This document shows positions 28,245 to 42,583 of a stretch of 64,000 nt of DNA, piece after piece. Positions within the stretch are counted from its first letter, which is position 1; the number at the start of each line of letters is the position of its first letter. The stretch comes from Octopus vulgaris (lineage: Eukaryota): NCBI GenBank assembly GCA_951406725.2, contig OX597815.1, positions 145,142,001-145,206,000 on the forward strand, given 5' to 3'. A model generated the notes under the pieces. It did not search any database. It saw only the letters and a list, made by a program, of their open reading frames with translations, and was not told where the DNA came from. Both the position numbers and the translations under genes were made by a program.

Positions 28245-29430
28245 TACATAGATACATACATACATACATACATACATACATACATACATACATACATACA
28301 TACATACATACATACATACTCAAATGAAGGAGCCTTGGATCTAGGTTAGAAACCGGCTTCTTCTGTACTGGTAAGAGTTCTTGACATAAAACTGAACAAT
28401 GACATGCATACATAGACATGCACACACACACACACACACACACACACGTGTATATGTGTGTGTGTATTACAATTCGTGGGGTGTCTAGGATTATGTTACT
28501 TCCACTCAGACATTCTTTCTCAATTGGCAAAAACGAGAAATCCTGTGACGGGTTGGCGTCCCCTCCAGGTGGGGTGGAATATATGCGCCAAGGAAACCGG
28601 GAAACCGGCCCTATCAGTCTATATGCCCTGGGAAGAAGCTTTTTTATTGTCATTTCGGTCGTTTCTCCCCCTCCTCCTCTCATCATCCTTGTTGTGTTCA
28701 CCCTACCGACCCCCCTCACTAACCCCCTAAGCCTGGTTCTTCCTTTCCGTCACCCCCACCTTTTAGAATTTCTTCCCCGCGCTTGTCTTTTCAGGTATTC
28801 ACATAAGCACCGGGGTCGGGTCCAATTTATTTGACTAAATGTGTTGCTCCGTCAATGTGTTGCTCCAGCATTGCCGCACTCAAACGACCGAGACACGTTT
28901 AAAAAATAAAAGAACAAAAAAAATCCAAAGATTAAAGGAATAACAGAATAAATAACCGAAGAATGTGGCGAATATTATAACAACAAAAACAACAACTAAA
29001 AACAAAAACAAGTACGAAACAAGGAATTTGTTTAGAGTTTTGTTCAAATCAGTCCCTGACCTACCACCATCACCACCTCCTCCACCAACACCACCGCCGC
29101 CGCCACCACCACCACCACCACCACCACCACCACCACCACCACCACCACCACCACCACCACCACCACCACCACCACCACCACCACCACCAGGAACAGAACA
29201 GGATTAAAGGAGCATAAAAAAAACACGAACTATGCGGGGCATGAGCCAACACCTTGCCTTTGGTCCTAATAGACTATCAGTGCCCGACCTGCAACAGAGC
29301 CCTTCCGAGCACACATCGGAGTGGTTGGCCACAGCCGAACACATCGTGTCACGTTTTTTTCTCCCTTGTAATGTCTTTGGTCATTGTCGACAATGATGGA
29401 CGAATTAATAATACTACTACTACTAACGAT

Positions 29431-29519
<89 letters not shown>

Positions 29520-29600
29520 TAATAATTACAACAGCAACAACAACAGCAATGTCAATAATGATAATGAATAAGTGAATTTGAATGAGAGGGCTATGTTTAC

Positions 29601-29779
29601 CTTGGACGAAGATGAAGGCGATTCACGTCTTAAATCAACAGCTTGTTTATTCGAAGAAGACGATGATGGCGAAGATAAGTTTTTCTCTTTAAACCAGAAC
29701 TGAAGAAGTCGAATTCTCGGCTGAAATCTCATAACCAATTCTATGACCAAGATTACGATAACCAAAAACCCTACGGATT
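29601..29779 (-). CDS. Exon 3 of the uncharacterised protein (second TM segment plus Ser-rich linker)
   Basis: Acceptor ttttctttctcttgtag| (phase 1, G|AA = Glu) and donor AAG|gtaaac (phase 0). Reads SVGFLVIVILVIELVMRFQP...PSSSSK. Confidence 0.85.
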
Positions 29780-30008
29780 CTACAAGAGAAAGAAAACGGT
29801 AAAAGCAAAGTAACAAATAATGTTCCGACACGATATAAGTGACGAAACAATCAATAAGTTTTAAACATGCATCGAACATTATTATTACTTTGAGGGTTCT
29901 GCTCCAGTATGGGCTTCGTTAAGCTGCCTAAAACAAACTGAAAAAAATATGTTACGTTAAAGAAATTAATACTAATTAAGATATTTAGAATATGCATGTC
30001 TGCTCTTC

Positions 30009-30124
<116 letters not shown>

Positions 30125-30159
30125 TATTTATGTATATATGTGTATGTATATATATGCAT

Positions 30160-30330
30160 GGTGAGAATTTATGAAAAAACAAAAGACGAAGACGGGTGTG
30201 TAAACAACAAACAAATGAATTAGGTTAACGCTCGGGAAGTGAGAAAGTCTTTTACGTTTCGAGCCTACGCTCTTCGACAGAAAGGAACAGAAATAAACAG
30301 GGAGAGAAAATAATAGAAAAAAAAGAAAAT
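30160..30330 (-). mobile_element. Short PLE-type terminal fragment with a variant hammerhead motif
   Basis: Same family as 34420-34830(+) and 47155-47340(+). Motif cttt-CUGUCGA-a-gagc gtag gctc-GAAA-CG-UA-aaag at 30249-30284. Confidence 0.6.
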
Positions 30331-30940
30331 AGAAATATTTTTATGTAATGTATGTATATATGTATATGTTTGTGGCTGTGATTGTCCTCCACCACCATCG
30401 TTTCACAAGCGATGTTGGTGTTGTGTTTACGTCCCCGTAACCTAGCAGCTCGACAAAAGAGACCGATAGAATAAGTACTAGCTTACAAAGTATAAGTTCT
30501 GGGGGCGATTTGCTCGCCTAAAGGCGGTGCTCTAGCATGGCCGCAGTCAAATGACTGAAACGAGTAAAAGAATTTCTCTCTTTCTCTCTCTCTCTCTTTC
30601 TGTGTATAATATTCTATTATATAATTATCATTGGCTTTTAAAACGCTTGCCAATTAAGATCTTTAAAAGTGGTTTGTAGTACAGGCACGCACACACGCAC
30701 ACACATCCTCACACACCTCATTCCTCAATACATATTGTAATATAGATACAAACACACATACAAACGTTTCATTTTATGTAAAGCTGTATAGATTAAAGAA
30801 TAAGTATTAATTTGAAAGATCGTTCTATGAGTCAGTAGAGGGACATATTTAACATACTTTTATAAGCATACAGTTGACAGTTAATTCGAAGTTTCGGCTA
30901 TCTACTGTTTACTGAAGACTGCAAAACTGAAACTCTATAA

Positions 30941-31036
<96 letters not shown>

Positions 31037-31172
31037 CACATACATACACTTACCAGTAGATAGCACAAAATATTTAACAGATGCACTGTTAAATTATCGT
31101 ACTCCATCATACAGTCGTTGGCGCAGAACTTAGGTGGAACTGGAGACTTAATGAAATTTCGTCCTTTCTAAA

Positions 31173-31545
31173 TGCCCGGCAGTTAATCAGTGCCGTAGAA
31201 CGACCATAACTTATAAGGGCACTGTTTCGACTAATACAGCAGCCTTTCATTATATAGGAGTCACATCATCTCAGTTTAAGCGGAGATTTTAGTACCGTGT
31301 CCAGTCTTTTAAGAACCCGACTAAGCACAAATTTACATCTCTGGCTGAACTGGTATGGGACTTGAAATCCCGATAAAAGACCATACGGAATCTTTTGATC
31401 TGTGGTGAGAACTGCTTCACCTTATATGGGCGGAGGTGGCGAGTGCAACCTGTGCTCCATGGAGGCACCTGAAATCATAAACACCAGGGATAATCATGTT
31501 GGCAAACGTAAATACATTTTCATAAGAAATCCGCATAAATACAAT
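31173..31545 (+). pseudogene. Penelope-like element GIY-YIG endonuclease remnant
   Basis: Translation CPAVNQC...TYKGTVST...HYIGVTSSQFKRRF*...SF...TSLAELVWDLK / PY...SPYMGGGGECNLCSME, with stops and a frameshift. This matches the PLE GIY-YIG pattern with CxLCxxE. Confidence 0.75.
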
Positions 31546-32929
31546 AGGACTTAAGGGAAAATTTCACGTGCTTCACCATTTCCCCTCGGGGACTACCTTA
31601 TCTTCTTTGTCTTAAACCTTAGGACCTGGAACTTTTACCCCCGATCCTAAAATCCTGATTCCCTCAAAGTAAATCACTGTTTAGTTCATTTAAAGAACAT
31701 TTGTCAGAACCTACATCCAACGTACCCCACCGCGTGTGGACTAAAATTATGCTCTTCCCGTCCTATTCTCCGTCTACGCTTTCGATCATTTACACCATAT
31801 GGAGTCCATTATTACATCCCCAATAATAGGTTATTTTAATCTAACATATAAGTGTTTCCCCTAACCTGCAGTAGCTGGATGTTCTTTCTAATATAATTCG
31901 GATATGGTTTATATTTCTAATGTTTTTTTATTGTCTTCCTAATATTTTTCTTATTAAGTTTCCTTATGTTTTATTATGTTTCCTATATCCTACAGGATGT
32001 TGGCATTTTATATAATATAGCACTGCTAATATTTTAAATTTTCATTTTAATTTTAATATTTGTGCATATTTCAACAAGAGTCTTTCACGCGATCCTTGAT
32101 CTCTTTACCTTTCTCCTTCCACTCACTTTTGACATGGCTGACTACTATAAGGAAACTGGCCATAGAAAGTGACAGTATCAAGAGATTGTTATTCACAACA
32201 TGAAGTTTTGCATTTTTTCCAAAACGTCGTAGGACGCAATAATTATTTAGTTGTTACAGAATTAAATTCCAGATACAACAGTATGTTATTTCCTGATGAT
32301 CCAGATAAATATTTGTCTAAAGATGGATTAGATTTATCAGGTATCTTCCTGATAAAGAGCTTCCTTTGGTCAAGGGTGACCTTTAATCTGTACATGTAAG
32401 TGAAGGGCTGAGTAAAGTGTTTTGAGGAAAACTAGCTGTTTCCCATATATGTAAGTTGCATATCTCCATGGCACCAATATTCATCCAATGAAAAGAATGC
32501 CGACTTTGGTTGGTTCACAGTGAAACCAGTATTATCATGGACGTTGCTGCTGGAACATAAAGAACGAGAACAGTTCCGTCAACTTACCTTCCTCTGGATT
32601 GGTACATTTTTGTATCGACTCCAAAAGGGATGAAAGACAAAGCTAACGTTGCGATATTTGAACTTAGAGTGCAGGATATTGGAAAAACTACTTCGAGATA
32701 TTCTATTCAACACTTTAACAGCTCTACCAATTTGCCCCTTTGTTCGGAGATCTATTACCCAAAGACAGACGACGAACGAAATCCAAACTGAATAATGTTA
32801 GTAGCGGGCTTGTACTTAATGACCTTTGAGAAAATAGTTCAATACACGTGTCCATTAGGCGATGAATATATGGGTGAGGAATAATTGAATAACAAATAAA
32901 ATGAATATGTTTAAACAATAATAAATAAA

Positions 32930-33530
32930 TGATAATATATGACAATGAATGATAATAAGCAGATGATAATTAATAAATGGTAATGTATAAATGACATTTA
33001 ATAAATGATGATCAATAAATAAAAATGAACAAATTATAATGAATAAATAGTAGATGATAGTAGATGATAATGAATAAATGATAATAAATAATCACAATGA
33101 ATAAATGATAATGAAGGATAATGAACAAGTAATAATGAATAAATGATAATGAATAAATGACAATGAGTAAATGATAATGAATAAATAAAAATGAATAAAT
33201 GACAATAAAGGATAATGAACAAGTAATAATGAATAAATGATAATGAATAAATGACAATGATAATGAATAAATAAAAATGAATAAATGACAATGAAAGATA
33301 ATGAACAGGTGATAATGAATAAATGATAATGAATAAATGACAATGAGTAAATGATAATGAATAAATGACAATGAATAAATGATAATGAATAAATAAAATG
33401 AATAAATGAAAAGTAAGGATAATGAACAAGTGATAATGAATAAATGATAATGAATAAATGACAATGAGTAAATGATAATGAAATGAATAAAGAGAAATGA
33501 ATAAATGATAATGAATAAATAGTAATGAAC
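32930..33530. repeat. Minisatellite (aatgaataaatgat)n immediately downstream of the exon 2 donor
   Basis: About 600 bp of degenerate 14-bp units. Confidence 0.9.
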
Positions 33531-33534
33531 TGAC

Positions 33535-33890
33535 CGTCTGAGTTAATCCGAGCATGAAGGTCAAGTAACTTGTTCTCCACTTTGTTGATCCGTAGATGTA
33601 AATCTTCAACTTTGTTAATAAAAATAGAGAGTTTCTGATCGAGAACGCCGTTCAAATCTGATTGGTTGACAACTTCTTGCGCCATGGCTTCTCGCGCTAC
33701 TACTTGGTCTTTAAAGGCCATTTCAATCAAATGTAACCGCTGAGCAAAATCTGAGAAAACATGTTTCCACGGACACATGGTGTCTGCTGAGTCAGCCCTG
33801 CAGATGTCGTTTGGTGAGTTCGTGTCGACGTTGCCCCAAGCCGTAATCCAACGGAGAGAAGCAAGTAAGCCAACGACAGAGAATATTATT
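33535..33890 (-). CDS. Exon 2 of the uncharacterised protein (first TM segment plus coiled coil)
   Basis: Acceptor ttttatttgctttcag| (phase 2, AG|A = Arg) and donor ACG|gtcagt (phase 1). Reads IIFSVVGLLASLRWITAWG...INKVEDLHLRINKVENKLLDLHARINSD. Confidence 0.85.
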
Positions 33891-33973
33891 CTGAAAGCAA
33901 ATAAAATGTTCGTTATTATTTAGTGCTGACTTCAGTTTGAAGTAAATAGTATCAGTAAACACGCACACGCATG

Positions 33974-34006
<33 letters not shown>

Positions 34007-34297
34007 GCACACAAGCACACACACACACACCACACACACACACACACACACATACAGAGGCAGAAATTACCGTTGCAATTTACAAAGGCACCCAGACCTT
34101 ACGTTTACAATTTGAAAAATTCAGAAAAATATTGCAAAATAAGAATAACCCAACAAGGTTTATTGAAAAACATAGGTAAACAAATGAAGTTTTATAAGAC
34201 ACATCCGAAAATTTCGATATGCGTTCCATTGATTGCACGGAACACAACTAGTCGATGCACAGTTTCTGTTGTAAAAATAATTTAAGAAAACCCTCTG

Positions 34298-34339
<42 letters not shown>

Positions 34340-34419
34340 GGGTTTTCTTAAATATATATATATATATATATATATATTTTTTTTATGTATGTATGTATAT
34401 GTATGTGTATGTGTGTGTG

Positions 34420-34825
34420 TGCATTTTTATAGCAGAAACAACAGAATACCTCCAGGGCCCGGGGTTTCCTGCATTAGTACTTAAACTAACGCACGAGATT
34501 CTCGCCCTTGAGCCCGCACACGCACATAACGCTCTCACATACACATGCACGTGCACCTTCGTTTCGGGATCACCACTACTTTATTATCTCCCCTTCTTCC
34601 TAGCTCTCCTGTATGACCCCTCTGTCCGGCATTCGCCATGTTAGATCGCTAGCCACTATACCTTTTTCTATTTTCTTTCCCTGTTTATTTCTGTGTTCCT
34701 TTCTGTCGAAGAGCGTAGGCTCGAAACGTAAAAGACTTTCTCACTTCTCTAGCATTAAACTGATACATCTATTTGTTGAGTACACAACCGTCTTCGTCTT
34801 TTGTTTTTTTTAGTAAATTCTCACT

Positions 34826-34830
<5 letters not shown>
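34420..34830 (+). mobile_element. PLE-type 3' fragment with a variant hammerhead motif (34699-34734)
   Basis: cttt ctgtcga a gagc gtag gctc gaaa cg ta aaag. The fragment ends at (TA)n. Confidence 0.6.
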
Positions 34831-34894
<64 letters not shown>

Positions 34895-34901
34895 TACATA
34901 C

Positions 34902-34955
<54 letters not shown>

Positions 34956-35039
34956 TTATGTTCTGAGTTCTATGTTTCCTGTTCGCATCACCAAGCTTAC
35001 ATATGTATACATACATACATACATACATACATACATACA

Positions 35040-35073
<34 letters not shown>

Positions 35074-35199
35074 AGCATCTAACTATTTCTGTCTATGTAT
35101 GTCTCTTTTCTATTCAATCATTTAAATTCTTCCTCTGAAGAAGGATCTAGCTTCTAACAAAGACACAAAGCTCTATCTTTGGAATGTAGATAACGAAAA

Positions 35200-36880
35200 C
35201 AATATCACATTTTAAACCTGAGAAAAGTTTTGCCCAGTTTTACTGCTCCGCTTACAGATTGTATTTGTAATGTACGAATCAGTTGATTGATTTCTTTACT
35301 GAAAATCAAAACAGGCTGATGACTAAGCACTTACAAAGCCAAGCACTCCAATTATTACTGGTACAAATGTAAATTTGTAATCTGGATATAGAAGCTGGCG
35401 GTTTCGAAGCAGTCGCCTATAGTTATTTTCTTTCCCTTTGGTTTTCAAAGAGATATTCACATCAGCCGGACAGATGACATACTTTTTCCTGTCTGTCTCA
35501 AACAACACGGCCTGTTTTGTTTACACTTAAATAAATGTTTTGATGGGAATGTTCCACCAGTATTCTTTGTGCTGGTATTTGTGTACGCATTCAACAACAG
35601 GGAGGTTCTCTATATTTATTCCAGGACAGTCTTTTTTCTGAATGGCATTGTAAATTGTTTTTGCAACAACGTCATGTCGCATTGGGCGGTAGTACTTTGA
35701 AGACATTTTCGGGTAACTGCTAATCACGTTTGATGTCTTCCACAGCAATATGACAGCCTACATTTTCTCATTTACGGTTGCAGCTTGGAACTCCAAGGCT
35801 TCACTGTCCCTTTTATTGATTAGGCATTTAGTAGCAATCTCCTGTTCTTGGATTGCAAATGCATAACCTTGTCAGTGTTATTATCTTCAAATCTACGACA
35901 AAAATACTCATGTTTGGTCTTCTTTTGGTATGCTGAGCGTTTCACTTCCAGATCTTCTTGAGGTACGCTTGTCCGGCTGATTTGGGGTTGTATGGGAGGC
36001 CATCAGGAAGGGGATACATGTAAAATATTGTTTTCTTCACTTTTCAGCACTAAGTTAATGCATTTATTTTTGCTTCTGTTGTTTAGAAAGTGTTGCCTGA
36101 GAGAGACTATGCGACAATTCGAAGGCTGCCTGCACTGATCTCAAGCCCCTTCCTCCTTTATCTCTTCTTCGGTAGAACGTGACAATATCACTATTTCTGT
36201 GTAGATTTCCAGTTGATATTAAAATCTTGCAGGTTTTGATGTCTATAGAGTGGATTTCTTCTACAGACCAGTCAAGTATCCCAAATGTTGAAATCAGCAC
36301 TGGTATTGCAACTGCATTGTGGGATATTGTCTTGTTGTAAGAGGACAGTTCGGATTGCCATATTTTTCTTAGCCTGGTGTAATATTCATGAGTCACTCTA
36401 TCTTTATTCATAGCACCTTGGTATTATATATTTTTATCAATACCAAGGGATAGGGAGACCATTGATGCACAAATTTTGTGTCTGGGAGACTGATTTTTCT
36501 CGTGTTTTAGAGTAATTAAACTCCCCTCAAGAGCTTGTTGTGAAGAGTCACCATACAATTTTGTTAGTTTGTTTAAAAGATGTCACTGATGAGGTGTAAA
36601 CTCATTGTTCCTCTTACATTTTATTATCGTTGTTAACCATCCAATATGGCGGAGTAAATTGTTGTTGTTTTCTTCAAATTTTATTTTCCACCTAGGTTGT
36701 TTCGGTTTGGTACTTTCATTACCATGTAAAGAGGAGGTTTCCCCTAGGTGTTCTTTAAGAGTTATTTCAGCTGTGTATATGAGGGTATTAATATTCCAAT
36801 AATTAAAATCACATGATTCCATGTGCTCTTCTGCGACATTGTTGATAACTTTCAACATTAGAACTGTTGGATTTTTTTCT
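35200..36880 (-). mobile_element. Decayed R4/Dong-clade (RLE) non-LTR retrotransposon
   Basis: Peptides RLRKIWQSELSSYNK...AIPVLISTFGILDW...RRDKGGRGL (RT thumb), MRHDVVAKTIY, YWWNIPIKT, CPADVN...KENNY and VPVIIGVLG (RLE), with many disruptions. Confidence 0.85.
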
Positions 36881-37026
36881 GAATCTTAAGATTGGCCTTT
36901 TACAAAGCGATTAGTTTGAAAAAGAAAAGTTTTCTATGTATGTATGTATGTATGTATGTATGTATGTATGTATGTATGTATGTATGTATGTATGTATGTA
37001 TGTATGTATGTATGTATGTATGTATG

Positions 37027-37101
<75 letters not shown>

Positions 37102-37403
37102 CTATCTCGTTCTATATCTTTCATACACCTACACATAAATATCATTCAGTTTGGTATTTGTAAACTGTCTGTACAATCTCTTTCCATCTCTCTCCCTCTG
37201 TCTCTCTCTTTCTCTCACACTCTCACACATAAATTTATACGCACGCACACACATAAATCATATGTTTTATTCTGATAGCTGTAAGCACAAATATATCAAA
37301 TATACTATTTAATACGATATCTGCAAACACATATATCAAAACTTTCCTTAAATTTGATATCTGTGAAAAGACACGTGTGTGTGTATGTGTGTGTGTGTTT
37401 GTG

Positions 37404-37472
<69 letters not shown>

Positions 37473-37540
37473 GCACACATATAGTTATATACATTTATTT
37501 GATGCACTTTTTTTTATTCAATATCCATAAATACATAAAC

Positions 37541-37925
37541 GGTGGCGGGCACAATGAGTAATATTTCCTGCATTTTTTACTTTGAAATAAAATACATTTT
37601 TTACAAATGTTCACTACCTTACAGAAACTATATCAGCTAAGCAAATGACCTTCTCTTAATGCATTCAAAACACTATTACATATTCAGAACATTATTTTAG
37701 AAAATTATCACCGTTTTCTTTGAGCATGTAGAAAACAAACTTGGGCGGGGCAAAATGAGTAAGACAAAAAAAAGTAAATTTTCCTCTTCAATTTTCTAGA
37801 ATTACACACACAAAAAAAGGGTGGGGGGAGTCATGCACATCAAAATCCATCTTTAGACATCGGGAAGATCAGAAATGCCCAACAATTTTAAAATAGTCAT
37901 CTAGGGCCGGTTTCCCGGTTTCCAT

Positions 37926-37969
<44 letters not shown>

Positions 37970-38218
37970 TATTCTCCAACCGGACGGGACGCCAGTTCAT
38001 CGCAAGATTACTCATTTTGCCTGTTGAGTGGACTTGAGTAAAGTGAAATGAAATGCTTTGCTCTAGAACACAACTCGTCGCTCGGTCCAGGAGTCGAAAC
38101 CACAATCTTACGATCGTGAGTGTAGCACTCTAACGTCTAAGGCACCTGTCTCCATAATTTCAAAAAAAAAAAAAAGATAACGGAAAAATCAGAAATTACT
38201 CATTTTACCCCAACCCTA
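37541..38218. mobile_element. Possible MITE with a SINE C inserted (37905-38150, minus)
   Basis: Imperfect TIRs ggcgggcacaatgagtaat / attactcattttaccccaaccc, with an internal repeat of the motif at 37744. Confidence 0.45.
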
Positions 38219-38495
38219 TAACATATTAAATGAAATTTAAGCACATACGTGATATGTTTCATATCACTAAATGCCTATTAAATATATTCGTACCGTCAAC
38301 TTATCGCTAACGGTTCTTGTATAAAATTCTATGAATGTATGTTCCTTTGGACCCTATTTCTGTTTTGGGTTTGAGCCGTTTAATCTGGTATTTCTAAGTT
38401 TTGGGAAGAAGACCATCGAATACGATCGTTTTATTTCTTGTTATTCATTTTTATTTATTTCAAGAATCGTAATTCCTATAAAAGGAACTCCTGTA

Positions 38496-38740
38496 TGTTA
38501 AGATAATCATCCACACACACACACGCTTTATTTGTGGGTTAACAAAACAACCAATGGTTTCATGTAAAAAGATCTTCACAATTGTTCAAGTGTACCACGT
38601 AGAGGTATTGTTACCCGTGTTAAGATAATCATCCACACACACACACGCTTTATTTGAGGGTTAACAAAACAACCAATGGTTTCATGTAAAAAGATCTTCA
38701 CAATTGTTCAAGTATACCACGTAGAGGTATTGTTACCCGT
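38496..38740. repeat. 122-bp direct tandem duplication
   Basis: tgttaagataatcatcc...ttacccgt occurs at 38496 and 38618 with only two visible substitutions. Confidence 0.9.
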
Positions 38741-39506
38741 CTCCATTTTGAATGAAAAGTTAATATATATATGTATATATAAAAATGTGTGTGTATGTGT
38801 GTGTCTGTGTGTCTGTGTGTATATGTATATGTATATGCATATATATATATATATTTGTAATTTTCAATTAATTTCTAAATTATTTCGGCATCTATCAAAG
38901 ACAAAAGAAGGTGTGAAGGAAAAACCCGCAATCTGGATCGGACGACCAATACCTGGTGTGTAAATTTGATCGATGGAAACTGTGTGGAAGCCCGTTGTAT
39001 AAGAATATGTATGCGTGTGTCATTGTGTTTGTGTTTTCCTCTCCCCATCCACTGCCACTTGACAACCGGCTTTAGTTCCTCATAACTTAGGAGTTTGGCA
39101 AAGGATATGGGCAAAATAAGTGCCAGGTCTTAAAGACATAAGTATATAGGTATTTGCTCAGCTAGACCTTTCAAGGCGGTGCCCCAACATGGTCGCAGTT
39201 CAATGACTGAAACAAGTAAAAGCAAACATAGCAAAAGAAAGAAGACAAAAGTGATCATAAAACTACCCTCTCTCACTCTCATTCCCTCTATTTATCATGC
39301 TATCTATCCCACTACACTCATCTCTCTTCCTTTCTCTCATCCCCCTTTCTCTTTCTCTCTCTCTCGTCCTCTCTCTCTCTCTCTGTTTCCCCTCACTCTC
39401 CCCTGCTCTTCGACAGAGGTCAATGACCCAAAATATTAGAAACTCATCCTTCACAACAATTGATTTTATTGAACTGTTCTATAAATTCTGCTATTCACTT
39501 ATGTAC

Positions 39507-39574
<68 letters not shown>

Positions 39575-39596
39575 GTATATATATATGTATATATAT

Positions 39597-39711
<115 letters not shown>

Positions 39712-39727
39712 CATATACATATATATA

Positions 39728-39935
39728 AAGTTAATCCAAACAAGAAAACAGAAAAAAACACAGCAACGCGAGGACGTGGAACAATTAAAGTATTATTTGA
39801 CGCTCAGGAAAGAAGGGAAGGAGGGTTTAGCGTTTCGAGCGGAGCTCTTCGTCGGAAACAAGGAGAAGGAAAAATTCCGAGAAGAGAAGACAGAGGAAAA
39901 AATATTTTTGCTGGTGGTGCTCAAGAGATCACATA
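39728..39935 (-). mobile_element. Short PLE-type fragment with a variant hammerhead motif (39825-39859)
   Basis: Minus strand: gttt CCGACGA a gagc tcc gctc GAAA CG CU aaac. Flanked by (TA)n; homologous to 60555-60760. Confidence 0.55.
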
Positions 39936-40006
39936 TGTAAGTATATATATGTATATGTATATATATACATACACACACGTATATATATATATATATACAT
40001 ATATAT

Positions 40007-40045
40007 CGATGTTGCGGGGACAAACACACACACACACACTCACAA

Positions 40046-40124
<79 letters not shown>

Positions 40125-40301
40125 GACAGAACCACAATTACGACGGGCTTCTTTCAGTTTCTGTCTACCAAATCCACTCAGATAGCTTTGGTAGGCCCGA
40201 GGCTATAGTAAAAGATTCTTGCCCAAGGTGCCATACAGTGAGACTGAAATCGGAACCATGTGGTTAGTAAGCAAGCTACTTAACACACACCTACTCCTGC
40301 A

Positions 40302-40303
<2 letters not shown>
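40007..40303 (-). mobile_element. SINE family A, partial
   Basis: Reverse-complement head plus (CA)n. Confidence 0.8.
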
Positions 40304-40338
<35 letters not shown>

Positions 40339-40538
40339 CGTAAACGTAAAAAATACAAACTGGGACAAGAACGTAAAACATTTAGGAGACGATACTAAAA
40401 AACACGGACGGGACATTCGAAGCCTTCAATCTTCAGTCAAGAACCGCAATTTCGGCTGATTAATCTTGAGATTGCTCCGATCTGGCCAGCCCCAAAGGAA
40501 AATCTAAGCCAAGCGCATTAGATTCCTTGGAAGAAAGC

Positions 40539-40576
<38 letters not shown>

Positions 40577-40860
40577 GTCTGTCTGTCTATATATCTATAT
40601 ATATATATATATATACATATATACATATATATATGCATACACAGATACCTACACATACATATATACACCTATCTGTCTGTTTATACACACACTCACAAAC
40701 ACACATATACATATATATATATGTGCGTGTTTGTTTGTGTGTGTGTGTGTATAATAAATGGAAGACAGAAGATGGAATACATGAGAATTCATTAATCCCG
40801 ACAATTGTTTCGACACATCTAGCATCGATTTCTTTTGTGTGTCTGTGTATGTGTGTGTGA

Positions 40861-40937
<77 letters not shown>

Positions 40938-41650
40938 TGTGTGTGTAAGTGGGGGTGCTGTTGCGAAGCTGACATACTGACTCCGAAATGTTAGTCTCGT
41001 CTGAATCGTATTCGGTTGACATTTGAAACTATCGACACAGTACAATTACATGTCCCACTTAATTTAAAGAAGCTATTAAAACCAAACTGCTGTTCAATAC
41101 GATTTCTTTACGGCTCGATACCTCAGCTAAGAAACCTGATATCATTACCAATACAAATGAAGAAAATAAAGCAACGAAAAAGGTATTAGAAAAACAGAAT
41201 GAAAACCAAACTTGTTAATAGTAAAAAAAAAGAACTCTCTGTATATAGTCTCTTTCTTATTCTGTCTCCCCTTTTACCTCTGTATATCTTCAAACCCTTT
41301 CTTTCCTTCTATTTCTGTCTTTATCTCCCTCTCATTACTTCTCTTTCTCTCTTAACCGTCTTCCCTTTACTCTTCTTCTTTCTCAGTTTCTCCTCTCTCT
41401 CTCGCCCTCTTTTTCACTAACGACTATAAATTACTGTCCCTTTTCCTCTTACTTTTCTTGATTCCCTTCCTGGTATTTTAATTTATTTCTTCAATTCTTT
41501 CCTTCACACGCGTTCCCTTTCGTTCCGCCTTTCTAGTCTTTTCCATTATTGAATTTTAGCTTTCTGTTCATATTTCTTTCGACCAATCTCTAAGGTCACC
41601 GTATTCGCAATCATCCATCTATTGATTGACACACACACATATATATACAC

Positions 41651-41709
<59 letters not shown>

Positions 41710-41710
<1 letters not shown>

Positions 41711-42230
41711 CAGCTGCATCCTCATTACACGAGAAAAGCCATTGCCAAGAAGACTTACTGAAATGATTCATGATTGTTGCCATGCAATGCCCTTATATGA
41801 CTTTTAAGCCCAGCCAAGCTTTTACACATTTTATTACATACTAGACAACTGTGCTGGCTGGCAGGAGAAACAAGTGTCACCATATTCACTCTCTTAACAT
41901 GTCTTTTTAGACATCCAACTGAGAGGCACATCTTTTCACATTTTACACATGTTCTGTTGTGAATTTTAATAGCCACATCACTGTTTATCATGGGTAGATT
42001 TCTGTGAGATTTTTGATGGCTTACCAGGCCTGCACGACTCAAACACCTCCTCCCACAAACCACACACATAAAAAGCAACACTCTCTCACTTTCCACAGGT
42101 TCGCCCCTTCTAAGCCCCCTCCTAATTCTCTCATATTTCACTCTCTCCCTCTCAAACCTTGAACAACCATCATGCACTATCTTTCTCCATCCATTGCGGT
42201 CTTGTGCACCACCTCTCCAAATTATCAGTT
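41710..42230 (-). mobile_element. RTE-like LINE 3' end encoding three C2H2 zinc fingers
   Basis: AQDRNGWRKIV (the RTE-type C-terminal A.DR..WR motif), then CVVC..HQKSH, CVKC..HVKR and CLVC..HIRALH. The 5' truncation is at (TACA)n. Confidence 0.75.
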
Positions 42231-42244
42231 GCATACATACATAC

Positions 42245-42500
42245 ATAGGTTTATATCTGTAATTATTGGGGCCCTGGGATATGTAACACACTGCCTAAAT
42301 ACCAATCTTGAGAAATTAGGCTTCTCAAAACCAGAAAGGAGAAAGCTAATTCGAAGACTACAGATCCAATCCATCACTGGAACTGTAAAAATCTGTAAAA
42401 CTTTCTAGAAGTTTATCATTTAAATATATATGAGCATGTCTAGATATGCAACTATATGCATGAGAATACATACATAAAACATATAAATCTGCACATACAC
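42245..42500 (+). mobile_element. R4/Dong-like element 3' end
   Basis: VIIGALGYVTHCLNTNLEKLGFSKPERRKLIRRLQIQSITGTVKICKTF plus a 3' UTR, flanked on both sides by (TACA)n. Confidence 0.8.
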
Positions 42501-42551
42501 ACACACACACATGCATACATACATACATACATACATACATACATACATACA

Positions 42552-42583
<32 letters not shown>

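Noticed and set aside
33012-33530. Long hydrophobic ORFs (IHYHLFII repeats)
   Set aside because: Minisatellite translation downstream of the exon 2 donor.
35130-35200. Hammerhead candidate ctgaaga...
   Set aside because: No GAAA/UH or stem I partner is recognisable; at best decayed.
40400-40445. Minus-strand ctgaaga...cgaatgtc motif
   Set aside because: GAAA is incomplete and there is no convincing stem I.
41755-42291. Host C2H2 zinc-finger gene
   Set aside because: It starts in a microsatellite and carries the RTE LINE C-terminal motif, so it is a retroelement tail.
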